A stretch of 64,000 bases of DNA. Source: Lepidodermella squamata (Eukaryota; Animalia; Gastrotricha). Under the pieces are notes generated by a model. The model did no database searches, had not been told where the DNA came from, and saw only the letters and a list, made by a program, of their open reading frames with translations. The stretch spans positions 1,736,001 to 1,800,000 of the forward strand of contig JBLDXI010000011.1 of assembly GCA_047495785.1 (NCBI GenBank), read 5' to 3'. The position numbers and the translations under genes were made by a program. This document shows, piece by piece, positions 47,898 through 60,824 of this stretch; positions within the stretch are counted from its first letter, which is position 1; each line of letters starts with the position of its first letter.

Positions 47898-50131
47898 TGT
47901 TATAGGCGATGGTGAAATATTGGCCAATACAGTGCTCCCCCGCTATCTGCATGGGGGCCGGGTCCAGGGTCGTGCAATTATCGAGGGAGACAGCTAACGG
48001 GGGCTGTACATGAGTCAGGGATTAAGTTTGAGCGAGTTGCTAGCCAGATGGCGCTGAAGAAACAGTAAACATGACAACGCGTCTTGATTTTTTATTTCGC
48101 CTCTTGACTCTTTTTATTCTGAGCGGAAAATCGTATCCACGAAAATAGTTCACGTTTCCTCGTGATTTTTAGCACTAAGGCATTCACGATAAATATCAAC
48201 TTGCTCGGCAACAGTGGGACACCTGAGTTCTGATTTTAAATTTTTAAAAAACCTTCAGAGTTAAATTTCAAGATCTAGGCTACCAGCTATCAACAGAAAT
48301 AACGACAGTATTTCATATGCAGAGGCGTAGGATCTCGATAGAATAGTAATCATCGACTGGCAAATCAGCGGAGTGAAGGCCGGCCTAGTCGGAAAATCGG
48401 CCAGAAGCTCCCGCCGCCCCTCCTCGGGATGTTACGATTTCAAAGTCAAATTAAAATGATAAAAATGGTTAAAATGTTGCACGTAATCGCCAGGATATTG
48501 AACAAATCAACGGTGAATTAGTAGAAGCCAGTTTCTTGCTAGTCTTGTCGATGGATGATCCCATTAAATCGAGAGAATGCCATCCATATACGTTAAAATA
48601 ATTCTATGTTTCAAAATTAAATTAAATTCCAACTAGGAATTTTTCGTGACAAAGCTTCGGGTATCGAGTTTCAAAAAAATAATTTGTAATAATTTTTATA
48701 ATTTTTACGAAGCTGCATCTGCCTTTTATGAATTTCATCGAACTAATAGGATTGAGCGGTCACAAACGTCGTAATTTCGAGTCAAAAGACCGTCAAGAGG
48801 AAACACCAATTCGATAGGAAAATCGATTGAATGAATGAATTATTATCTTCCCAGGCATGGTCTGGTTCCCATTCAAATGGCCTATTGAGCAATTGAAAAA
48901 ATCGGGCAGAAGCTCCCGCCGCCCCTCCTCGGGATGTTGCAATTTTCAAAGTCAAAGTTTAAATTATAATAAGTTGTGAATAAACCGGGAAAATTGCCAG
49001 GGCGTTGAGCAAGTAAATCGTAAAGTAGTGGCAGCCAGTTACATGTTAGATCAGGCCTATCGACAATCGAAAATCGGCTAATAATTCCAATAACTCAGGA
49101 CCACTGGAACCAATGAAAAAGCTAAAAAATGAAAAATCAGGGCAATTCAGATAAGTCTTTTAGATGATCAGCAATTCACCTGAGGAAAAATCTGCAAATC
49201 AAGGAGATAGAAGATTGACGCATTTTTGTAGTTATTGAAATGAATTGCTGATTTTTTCTGTAATTTCTGATGGAAAGGTTTAACTAAAAAAGCAAGACGA
49301 CTCGCAGCGCGACTTGAGTGGCAGCTAATCCACACACTCTGTTGCATAATCAAAGTCATTTCAGAACAGCTTAATGCACTGATGATCTTTCAACTCGTTT
49401 TAACTGATCTTGAAATAACTGGATCCGAAACGGATCTCTCAAACCCACGACAACACACCGCTAGGTTTCCAGGAACGCTAAATTTTCACATTTAATTTTT
49501 TTAATTTATCAAATAATAATTTTTTGTTTAATTAAAAATTTACGACTAATTTATTTAGCAGGGTCCACAAATCGATGACTACTAACGGGGGTGGGCAGAT
49601 AGCGGGGTTGCAGATATCGAGGGAGCACTGTAACACATTAGAGTACTCTATCATTAAATATCACCATGGACGCAAGCTATGGTGAAATCTCACCTGTGTT
49701 GCTCAATTGTCACCTGTGCGACACGATTGCGGTCATGGACTGGAGCCGTCTATCAGTCATAAGAAATGTCACCGTCACGCTCTCATAGGCACATCATTGC
49801 GGTCATGGATTAAATGAGCTATCATGAAATGCCACCCGCATGGGAGCATATCACGATGGATCAAGTCATCGCGTAATTTGGAATTTCAAATTACACCATG
49901 GAGGCGAGGTATCATGTAATCATTACATGATGGCTCATTTCATGGCGATATGGTTCCAAAGGGGTGCCATTTCCTGATAGCATAGCCTGATGGCTCATTT
50001 AATCCATGGCTGCAATGATGTGCGCATTGAGGGTGACGGCGTGATTTCACGATAGGTTATGGCTATGGTGATATTTCATCATGGAGTAATCCAATTCGCT
50101 ATTGGCCAATATTTCACCATTGCCTACGACA
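47898..50131. mobile_element. Non-autonomous TIR element with TGT...ACA ends (Ginger-like)
   Basis: TIR tgttataggcgatggtgaaatattggccaata / tattggccaatatttcaccattgcctacgaca, flanked by TATA on both sides (candidate 4-bp TSD). Confidence 0.6.
47930..49630. mobile_element. Tc1/mariner (pogo-like) non-autonomous element nested in the Ginger-like element
   Basis: TA|CAGTGCTCCC...GGGAGCACTG|TA with subterminal repeats. Internal direct repeat agaagctcccgccgcccctcctcgggatgtt at about 48403 and 48908. Confidence 0.8.
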
Positions 50132-50219
50132 TATATACGCAAATGTGGATGTATGAAGATGTCTTATTTGCATATCTGCTCAAATCATATTTTCATATTT
50201 TGAGCGTCTGCGAAAGCTC

Positions 50220-51396
50220 GACCGGTCCGATGAACCTACCCGACGGCTCCCTTCTCCACCCCTCGACCGCTCTAGCCGACGAGTTGCTAACTCACTTTGT
50301 GGCTCCGATGTACCCCTACTGTGACCCAGCTGCCGACGCTCTTGTCCGTCAGCGTTGGCGCGAGCTTGAACACCTTATGTCCACCGACCCTGGCCTCCAG
50401 CCTGATGCCGTAATTCGCCTACCTGGTCCGCAGGAATTCAGTGTCAGCCATAGCGCATGCTAGCGCGAGCAATTGATAACCTGAAGCCTTTCAAAGCCCC
50501 TGGACTCGATGGTGTCGGCAACGTCTTTTATAAGTGGGGAGTGGGGTGGTGTGCCTCTACAGACTCACCTTCGTCTGCTCTACAACATGTGCCTCGGCAG
50601 CCAATACACCCTGCCGGATTGGAAGGAGACAGTTGCCGTGCCCGTGCCCAAGTCGGGCAAGCCGCGTACAGCCGTGTCGTCGCAGCGTCCCATATCGCTG
50701 TTGCCGTCGGATGCCAAGATTCTCGATGCGATAATCGCGCGTTGGATGACCCAGTTGTTAGAGGCTCACCATCTCCACCCGGACAATCAATATGCTTTTC
50801 GTGAGCATCGCTCGGTGGCTGACATTCCAGTTCGTGTCGCCCACCGCGTGCATCAGACCCGCGCGACCAAGCGGAAGATGATAGTTGTTGGTCTCGATGT
50901 GAAGGCCGCGTACGATTCAGTTTGGCACGCTGGCTTGGTCCATAAGCTTGGCCGACTGCCTCTGCCTCTGGGTGGCTCCCGGATTACTTACGCGATCGGA
51001 AGCTCCAAGCTCGTGTGGCCGGTTTCCTCAGTCGGCAGGTCATGCTACAGTGCGGTGTTCCGCAAGGGTCCCCGCTTTCTCCACTCCTCTACATCATATA
51101 CGCAAGCGACCTACTCCGCTCCCCGAGGGCGCCTGGGACCTCCCTGGACGCTTATGCCGACAACCTCGCCCTCGCCAGCACGGGTGCTACCTTTGTCGAA
51201 GCTCAGGCGCTCGCCCAGTCTGAGGTAGATCGAATTGCCGCCTGGGCCTGCCTTTGGCGCCAGCAATTCAATGCCTCTAAAAGCGAAGTCATCGCTTTCT
51301 CTCGCCAGCCGCCTGTCCTTCGAGTACGCGATGCCACCGTTCCCAAGGTGACGGCGTTGCGCATACTCGGGCTCATTTTCGATGAAAAGCTCACAT
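50220..51396 (+). mobile_element. Second, frameshifted copy of the Jockey-like RT
   Basis: LADELLTHFVAPMYPYCDPAAD...LDVKAAYDSVWH...AYADN, colinear with 37348..39162, with several frameshifts and truncation at both ends. Confidence 0.9.
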
Positions 51397-51569
51397 CTTT
51401 CCCTATTATTCTTGATTTTTTTATTTTTCAACCTGATTGTTATGTTGTTGTTGGTTGCCTCTAAATTATTTATACGAAAATTGTACCGGGATCCGGGAAA
51501 GAGAAGGACAATACAAAAGATTTTCATTTTCGATAAATAATAAATTTACGCTAATCTTTTGCAGAGTGC

Positions 51570-52020
51570 AGCCAAGCGACAGCAAACTATACGGAATTGA
51601 TCAAGTACGAACAAGTAGCTTTCGCCGGGCCATCGAAAACTTTCGCAACAATATTATGCATTGCTTGCGGAAGGGCAAAGCCTTTCGACCTTCTCATGGT
51701 CTTATTCTTTTTCTAATATATCGGTAACTGCGTGCGCTTCCCCAACACAGCTATATCCTATATTGCTCGTCGTTGACACATTGATAAGGTGGAAGCCAGT
51801 CTTCAAATCAGTTTCTTTAGTATAGAAGAATACATGTTAACAGGTCAAAACCACCGAACACATTCATCATTGAATATTCAGCCTGGGCTGTTTGCTGCCA
51901 GGGCATCGGTGCTGCCCCAGAAGCAGCCATTGCGCCGTCGATGGTTACACTTTTCGGGCTCATTCTCGAGAAATGCACAGCATCGAACGTTTGAGTTGAT
52001 AGCAACACGTGGTGGCATAT
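51570..52020 (+). pseudogene. B7: degraded exons 3-4 of the Cys-rich family
   Basis: LIKYEQ...GNCVRFPNTA and AVCCQG motifs with in-frame stops. Confidence 0.65.
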
Positions 52021-53075
52021 AATCGGCAATAATTAACTTATTTATTAAAAATTTATTTATTTCTATTATTCTGAGATGGCGTGGCTCGTACCTTCTTTTC
52101 GAATAAATTCCGCGGCAAAATGTCGGCTGCAAGTTATACTGGGTGATTATTCTTTGGTACGCCGTTGCAGTAGTAGGGCGACAAAATGCTATTGCGATGA
52201 ACTGTTAAACATGTGATCACTCTTTAGGCGGGTATACAAAGTATAGCGATGAACTTTTCCTACTGTCGTCCGGCATTCCTGTGCTGGCTGCTGGCTTCCA
52301 TTGAATGAAAACTCTGTCATCAAAAACGTGATGCGGAAAGATGGTGATGTACCTGGCCTAAGCTAATGGGATGCCCGTAATGTTAAAGCTGAATTTTCTT
52401 GCTAAAAATACTCCTGTCGATTACCCGTAGCCCGCAGTTATGAACAATTTAGGGACAATTTTTTCGAATTAGTCGGCGAAATCGAATAATTTCAAACAAT
52501 TTTTGGGCTGATTGGGTGGGCCTTGGGAGGGCATGTTCGTTAGGTTGCCTCCTTAAATGTGCCGTGGCAAATTTCTGATGGAAAAGGTGTACATGATAAA
52601 CTGCGATACGGATCTGTTCGCCTAACATGTTATAACAAAATCTTCATTTGTAAGCAAATAGAAGTTACGGCCGAAATTGGCCGCAGAGAGCGAAGTACCA
52701 CTAGGGATGGTTGGGATCATCCATACCAGTTCCATCGACCCATGCGGTGAACTCAGTCACTCAGTACCATGTTCCGCTGTCCTAATTCACTCTCTGATTG
52801 GCCGCACGTCGTCATCTTCGAAATTCTGGGATAATTTCGAGCGACGTGCATTTACGCGCAAGAAACACAAGCGGGCCAGAAAATGTGCGATACAATAATG
52901 TAATGTGAAGCAGGGTTAAAGCAAGGCGAATGATGTTTTTTTGTTCATTTTATTTGATCTAAATTATGATCATAAAAACGCTCCAATACTTATCAATTCT
53001 GTTATGATTATTTACCTCCGCAAGTAAAGAAGGAGTATTTTGCTGGTGGGGATAAGACTCGCCGAAGACGATGCG

Positions 53076-54350
53076 TTAATATTTAATGCACGTCTCAAAA
53101 TTCGAAATGCCATAGCCATTGCCATAGCTAGAAAATTGCAAGGTAGAAATCGGCGATAAAAGCAAGCAGCATTCTGCAAAACTTGGAGCCTCGAATGTAC
53201 CGCCTCTGGTAGCCTGAATGCAAAATGGGAAATTGTCAATAAACAGGAAATGAATGTGAAAAATACCAAAGTGTTCGTAACGGCAACCCAATGGAAATAC
53301 GGAGCAGAATATGGGAAGCGGAAACAACCAGCCATTCCTGATCCAGTATTAGATACACCTGTTATCTTGTATGGCTCATCAGTGCCGGACTTTTGAATGC
53401 ACGCCGTAGCAGGTGGATCGCCGTAATAAGTGCTGGGAATCATTTCGTATAAAAGAGTAGGGCCAGTTTTTAGGGCATTACAGCAAGCCGCAAATGATGA
53501 AAACCCATATGACGAGTAGTAATAATCCTGAACAATTTACAGTATAAAGAGATCTAAGTTCACTTGCCATTTCTTACATATGCACTATTGATGACTGAGT
53601 TGCATGCCCCACCATTCGATGAGCAGAATAGAATATTGGTTTTCGAGACCGTAGTTAAATCTCCTTGTGTATACGTGATCGCGCATACTCTGTAGGCAGC
53701 CTAGATATCATAACCTTGGATCATAACAGTTCAATCAAATTTTATAAGAATTTCATAACAAGTTGAGCGAAATAGTATGCTTTTGTAGGAAATTTGGAGT
53801 TGTAGTTTTGTAGGACGCAACTTACTGAACAAGTTTGCCCAGGAGGGCATTGAGTTGCTCCGATCGAAATACAATTGTTCGAACTGGTGTCGCAAATATT
53901 GGTGGTCGGCGTGCAAGACTGCCCGTTTGGACACGAGGAATATCCCGTGTTAGGCACACACATGCTTGCCGTTGTATCGCATACGTTGGCTGATGCCACA
54001 CAGGAAGACCCAGAGCTACACGGATTGCTTGTCGACAAACAGGACTGGCCTGTAGGGCAAGACGGCGAGCTGCATGGACTGTTTGCCGCTAAACACGACA
54101 GTCCACTAGGGCACGGATTGCTTGAGGATAAACAAGACTGGCCAGTGGGGCAAGACGATGAGCTACACGGACTGCTGGCCGATAAGCTGCTTGCTGATAA
54201 ACAGGACTGGCCACTTGGGCACGGATTGCTTTTCGATAAACAAGACTGGCCAGTAGGGCAAGTCAAACTAAAGGTTACGCTCGACAAAGGAGGGCAAGCT
54301 GTAGCAACGGCACAGGCAGTCGCCAGAATGGCAGCAATGAACAATTCCAT
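53076..54350 (-). CDS. A3: intact secreted Cys-rich protein, about 348 aa
   Basis: Exons 54350-53826, 53700-53578, 53527-53267 and 53213-53076. Introns of 125, 50 and 53 nt. Exon 2-4 lengths (123, 261, 138 nt) equal those of A1. 8 CxxGxxC units. Confidence 0.88.
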
Positions 54351-55928
54351 GTAGTGAAGCGAAATTTGACAATGTGAGTCGGGAAGACTGTGAAAAAATA
54401 TCTCCTCAAAGGCTGCAAAAATCACCAAGATGCTCGAGGTTTGGAAAAACAACAGATTTCTTCTGCATATATACACTCGGGCTTGAGATTTGGCACCAAG
54501 CACGTTAGCATTAAAAATATGGGTCTAATTGCGCGAGCTAATTGCCCGAACGCGCTACCCAGGTGCCACATTCTTTGCCCACGTGCGACACGACCGGGTA
54601 GCCTCATTCGTCGTACATTCGACACCAGGCCGCAACAACATTTGGTCCTCAACAACGTCGATGCCGTTAACATCGTGATGATGATGGTTCTCAACGCCCA
54701 CAATTGCGCTTCTTACCTGCGTAATTTATATTCTAAAAAAAATGAAGTGTTTTTTGTTCGTATCTTAGGAACAAAAGCTTTAAGATTTAGCAGAGATAAT
54801 TACCTAATGTTTTATCGGAGAAGGCAAACAACTGGGTTATCATTTTTTTCTTTACACTGTGCTCTGTGATACTGTGCTCACTTTTCGGTGGGTAAATAAG
54901 CACCAGCAGTGTGTCACGCACATATCCAAGTACTTTATCAAAATTAAAAAGTTATATACGTCACCCAATCTTGCATTTAAAATCCTGTAAGTCTGCATAG
55001 GCTCACTATTAGACGCGGCGATTGCCTATTTCCTTACCCGGTTTAAATCGGATAAAAATTCATGGAGAAAAAAATTATTGAAAATTGGCATTAGCAGCTC
55101 ATCAGTCATTAGTAGAAAAAATATGGGTCACGAGAATTACCCAAGCGCGCCCACGTGCCACATACCTTGCCCACGTGTAGCATGTACAAGTACTCGTACA
55201 TTTGACGCCAAGCAACAGAATAGTGGGTCCTCAACATCGTCAATGCCCTCAACATCGTGATGATGTTGCTCAATGCCTAAAATTTTAATTGTGCTCTAAA
55301 CTGCGTAATTCATGTCACAAAAAATGGAGTTTTTTCACATCTCAAGAAAAATTGGCAAAAATTCAAAAACCTTTGTTTATCCTGATGCTTCGATGACATC
55401 AACCTCATCGTCCGCAAACAACTGAGAATCGTCCAACGGCGCCAACGCGAAGTGCGGAGTGCCCAGCCCAAGACACAAGACAGCAATCACTTGAAAAAGA
55501 CTCAGCATTTAATCAGTTCTTAGCATTTGTTGCTGAATCAATCTCTCAATCAATCAGCTCAAGTTGCCTCTGAGAGAATTATCTCAGATGAAACCGGCGA
55601 CGGCGAGCGATGGTATGCTAGAATGTGTTCTGAAAGCAGCAGCTAATCTTCTGGCACAACACAAATAAGCCAGCATTTTCAGTTTTAGCACATCAAAGGT
55701 TTTGAAAGGATATGAGCACTACTCTTTTCGATGCACGTTGCATGTCTACGACAAAGACTGTCTTCAGTGGAACGCGCAATCACCAGGCCGTTGACCGTCG
55801 AATAACACCCCGGCTGATCGAATTGCGACCACAACACTCGACAGAAGAAGCTTCGAACGATGGAAGCCTTGATGCGGAAAGGGTCTCACGTGAAGAAGCC
55901 GACCATTTGGGCGGACCCTTTTTCTCAG

Positions 55929-56880
55929 GTATACAATGAAAATATCCGACAAAATACATTTTGACTTTGCCCTGTTAAAGCTTAACTCAGCAATCTGCCC
56001 ATTCACGCCTTCGATTCGCCCGATCGATATCACCCAGCAATGTTCGAGGAATTATACCAGATCGACGCATAACGTTGATTCTTGTCAAACTGGTGTCGCG
56101 ACCGCTGGCTGGTCTCTGGACCTCCGAAATCCAGCCAGGCTTCAATCTTTCAGCTTTGACCAGCAGCCTTACTCGATTTGTGAGGCCAAACAACCGACAA
56201 GGTTCATCGAACCGTTATTTTGCGCCGGCTCTCTGAATGAGAGTGAAACTTGCGTGAACCCGAGTTGCAAGCTGGAATCTGGCGGACCGGTTTTTACCTG
56301 GTCTTGCTCGGGTAATACCGGGGCCTACAATCTGATCGGCGTGGTTCCGGCCCACGACACTACCGGCTGTTATGTTGTTACCGGGCCAGGAATTTTCGGT
56401 AGAATTTGCGATATTTTACCGTGGATCCGCAACTACGTCCTAATGCAGACTCCTGGCATCGAAACTCGAGTCACATCGGGCAGTACCTGTGACGAAACTC
56501 CTAGGATTAACAATGGTCTAATCGCCCCAGGTCCGAATGACAGTGCTCAGTTCGGAAACTTCTCTGCAGGAAAGGCTTTGCTATAGCTGGAGCTAATATT
56601 GTTGTTTGCGTGAATGGCCAATCGACTGAGCCTGTAGCCTGCCTACAAAACCAGCCAAATCAACCTGAATCTTTCACTCGATGTAAACTACCGGTAATTG
56701 CGACGGTTTCTTCCGAGCCGTTAATGTCGGGTCGAACGGGGCCATTCCTGGTTTCGAACTCTCAGTCGCATGCCGAGCTGGCTACCAATTAACTGATGGC
56801 GCTGTTTTGGCCCTTGTGCCAAACGGACGGAACGTGGTCGCCACAGCATCGCCAAGGCCTGGCCTGGAATAAGGCGAAGA
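55929..56880 (+). pseudogene. Trypsin-like (S1) serine protease fragment followed by a degenerate thyroglobulin-type-1-like segment
   Basis: FDFALLKL (catalytic Asp), AGW, FCAG, CKLESGGP (GDSGGP variant), LIGVV and PGIFGRI..ILPWI. No His-containing exon found. Downstream PLCQTDGTWSPQ among stops. Confidence 0.7.
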
Positions 56881-58744
56881 TGCTGTTACTAAGTGTCGGC
56901 TGAGGTCAAGACTCACATTCACAGGTCTGAGAGAAAATCAAGCAAAACGCAGCTTGTCCGAAATTCGACTATTCCCCCGGGATTCTACCGTATTTATTCC
57001 AGAGAAGACTTGACACCTCGCTGCTGCACCTTGCTCGGATCTCGGATGAGTTCGAAAACCTTCTACAGCGTTTCGAAAAAGTTGGAAACGTAGATTTTAG
57101 CTTCTGATCTGACCCAAGATTTCGCCGGCAAGTGATCCTTGCTCCTTGCTCCTGCTACGTCATCTCAACAGGAAATGCTGATCCGGCATTGATAAGGACG
57201 AATAACTACTCTCAGTATCAGTCACTCGAACAGTTTTACTGACGATTGTGGTTTCTGGAGGGAGGCCTGGCTGCTCTGACAAAGCGTCACGTGGTCGAAA
57301 TGTGAAGGTTAGAACGGCGCTTCAGGTCGGTGATACAACTGAACTCGCGGGGGAGGTTCTGCTACTGGCATCTCACCTGTCGGAATGCAAGGTGGATTTC
57401 GAGCGAAAGAGTCCACACTGTTACCTGAATTCGCCGCGGGCGCCGTGCTTATGCTGCTTCCGCATCGGAGTCTGAGGGATCGACGTCGAAGAAGTTGATG
57501 TCGTTAATCAAGGTTCTGGCGCTCGAGGTGGCCGAGGATCTCGAGGTAGTAGTCAACGCTCTAGGGTGGGACGTAGCCGAGGATCTCGCGTCGGCCGTGG
57601 CGCTGTTGGTGCAATTGGTGGTCGCGCAGTTCGGTCGGCTGATGTCGCTGCTCAGCGTTCAGCGATGCACGAGAAGCCACTCTCGATAAGACACAGCTTG
57701 ATCACATGACTGTCATATTTCTAGAATAGGATGAATCGGATAATTTGTTGGATAAATAAAGTCACTTTTTCTTAATTACCTACGTGTCGGATGTTTGTAG
57801 TCACGTTTGTTGGATGTTGCATGTAAAAGATTTTCCCCTGAAATGTGGTACTGTTTGCAATTCTTTATCGGATCGGCTCAATGCTCATTAAATAAAATAT
57901 TGAGTAAATAAAACTGACAACAATTGTGACATTTAGCAAATATGGTTTTTATGGCTGTGGAGAAAAAACTGGGTTAACATTTTGACTATTATTCACGCGA
58001 ATTCACAAAGTTAGTGCTCGAGCCTGCATGTTTACAAATTAAAATAATGAAAATATGTTTATTTTATCAAGGTAAATCACAAAAAATATTCCGTCCACGT
58101 TCAGCCACCAGCAACAACACGTCGTTCCCTAATCTACTTCTCACACCCCTACTCCATGCTTTCTTTATCCCCTGTTTCAGTTTGATCGGTTTAAGTTGTT
58201 AATCGAAATTGAACAATGCCCCGCCGGCGACCTGATGAAATCCACGGTGAAGCAGTTCAGTTCAACCTGCGGTTGCTATAGTTCTCCTGTTATCATCTAT
58301 AGTATAGAGAATAGCAGCACTCAATACACCCAGGACCGCCATCCGTCAGACATTGAGTAAGTTGTTTTGCGTAAAGGAATTGATCTTTTTAATAGAATTG
58401 TTTTTTGAAGCCTCAATAGTTAACTCCCCGATAAAATCAGCAATCAGCAATGCTTAGTGCTTCTCAATCTGCTCCATCTCCAGTCCATGTTACCCTTAGA
58501 AGATTGAAGGCGATCAAGAACCAGTCAACACCGTGCAGTCAAGTTTATCCTCCTGCGACTTGAACTTCGATCTTGATTGGGTCCTCTTTCTGGAGTAAGA
58601 AGACACGGTGGCTCAATTCGACAAGGTTTTTCCGCGTTCCAAATTCGACGTGGTCGAGGCGTTGGAGGTCCAGGCACTGAACCGGGAGGATTATGAAGCG
58701 TCGGACCTGAACTACCCTTTTCCCAAATAAGCTACCTGGGTAAA

Positions 58745-59300
58745 ATGGCTACTAGGACTTGCCAACATCGTGGCTCTCTTTGCGATCAACGAGTTCCTCT
58801 GAGCGCAATTTGTATTCTAATTATTACTATAATTTTACTCAACTTGAACAAAATCCCATCGTGTGTTGGGATCCCGTGCTTCTTCGCCGCCACTTGGCTT
58901 TGCCTCCGGGTTCTGCTGTCTCCGCAACCGACTCTATCCCACATTGGCACCCTAACGAATCTCGACGCCGCCCTCAGCTCCGCGGCGACGTCATTGTTGG
59001 CGACCGTTGCACGACTGATCATTACGTGATCTCGATCTCTGTCAGTTTCCCCCAGCCCTAGGCAACCTCTCGTTAAACCGCCCTTCCCTGATTCGTTCCT
59101 GCGATACGTTTCACCCATGGTGAGCCGTTACCCCGTCTACCGTTTTGCGGCATCTCGCCGTTCAGTGACCCGCGCCATTGCGGATTCTCGCCACGTGCCT
59201 GTCTGCGAGCCTGGGCGGCTTCGAATAACGCTTGCTATGGGCCAGGAAATACGCCGGGTTCTACAGAGAATCGCGCACTCAGCCCTCAAATCGTCGATTT
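58745..59300 (+). mobile_element. Relic of a LINE APE-endonuclease region
   Basis: PTLSHIGTLTNLDAALSS and TDHYVI (SDH-like) in adjacent frames. GC-rich. Confidence 0.5.
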
Positions 59301-59309
59301 GTCAGCCAG

Positions 59310-59580
59310 TCTACTTTATTGTGCACCGCCACGACCTGCGCTGGTGCGAGCATCAGTCGTCGTAGTGTTAAAATTACGAACCCCCAACGGTCTGCTTCGC
59401 ACAGCAGCAACGCATTCAAGGTAAGAAGAACCTCAGGATTTATTGCCGTTTAATTCAGATAATAGCAAGCCGCAGCAAAGCCAAGAACCTGAACTCTGTC
59501 ATCCATTTTTCCGACAGCAGTGACGCCGCAGCCCCAGCTAGCCTCAATGCAGCCAACATCGTTCTAAGACTGCTGCCACA
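59310..59580 (+). pseudogene. B8: degraded B6-like exons 2-3
   Basis: cattcaag|gtaagaa...tag|caagccgcagca...gcagccccagctag...gccaacat aligns to about 46730-46995. Confidence 0.7.
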
Positions 59581-60824
59581 TTTTGTTTGTGGCTATCCGA
59601 GCTGTCCATACTGTCTTCCGGTTGTGACAGCAGCGGCGTTATCGATGAGCATATTTGATGCGTCAATTGTTGACCATTGTTGACCATTCTGAATGGCTTT
59701 CACTTAGTCTTTTAATCGATCTTGTTTTGCTTCAGTGTAATATAGCTACTCATTTGTCTGTTTAGCTCTCCTTGCCGTGTTAATGGCTCGCTGCTGTTTC
59801 GGAAAAGAGCCCCGCACTAAACAGGAAGATCGTGCTATTTGCGCTACAATTAAATCGAAATCGAAATGTTCTTACATCTATATGGCTAGTGACCTATAGT
59901 TTCCTCTTTTCTACAATATTATGATTTAGGTATGATATCATTCTGAAGAAGCGTGAACTATACCTCTTTATAACAAACTGCAATCTTTAAAAGACAGATG
60001 TGAGAATTATCTAATGTCATGATTTATTTATTTTTCATTTATTTATGAGCCATTCATCCATAAAGAGTTGGAAAGCTCAGCTGAATGAATCAGTTTATAA
60101 TGAATGCGCCTGATTTTTAAGATGCTCTACGAGACGAACTGGAATGGCTTAACCTCATGGGCAAGCAAAATGTTCACCTGATGCTATAAAATAAATTTTT
60201 CCTAATATGAACCCCGACTACGGCCAATCCTCTTGCGGTTATACGGTGTTGTAACCCCTGAAAGCGAAGCGGACTGAAAGGACTTTAACTTGCGCTACTT
60301 TTATACTTCTTGAAATCTCATTGTTATCGTGCTCTCAACTTTGGGATTAATGTTCCGATAGATAAATGAAGAAAGACTAAAGCATGACAGCCTTGTGCGA
60401 GGAATCTTCGCATGTATCAGGTATCAAAGTTACGAAGTGCAACTAATCGGTTAAGTAGCAAGCAATCGGACACTGATCTCCAGAGATTTCTGGTGGCTTA
60501 TTCGTGAGAGAGGCTGAGTGCTGAACGTGAGAACAATGGTTCAAATTCCACAGCCATCAAAAACTGTTCGTTTCTCTTAAATTTGAGCTGTTTCGAGCAA
60601 AAGGAAGCAATTTGCGTCAAAAACAGCCGAACAAGTCAGTCGAATTCCATTCCACCCCTTTGTTAGGCACACGTTTTTAACCCTTGTTCGCAAGTGCAAA
60701 CGCCGGATGTCTGGGAGGTTCAAACAGAGCGAATTTTGTTTTTTATTCCTTCCAAGCCATGATAAAAAAGCGCTCCAGTTACTTTTATCAATTTGCTGCT
60801 GGGAATTATATTCGCCGAAGACGA

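Noticed and set aside
53875-54354. Antisense ORFs with DKQDWPVGQ repeats (also 14414..14668 and 61345..61554)
   Set aside because: Shadow frames of the Cys-repeat exon.
60510-60556. tRNA-like A/B boxes (also GGTTCGA motifs near 4960-5060 on the minus strand)
   Set aside because: No convincing cloverleaf; at most SINE or transposon relics.
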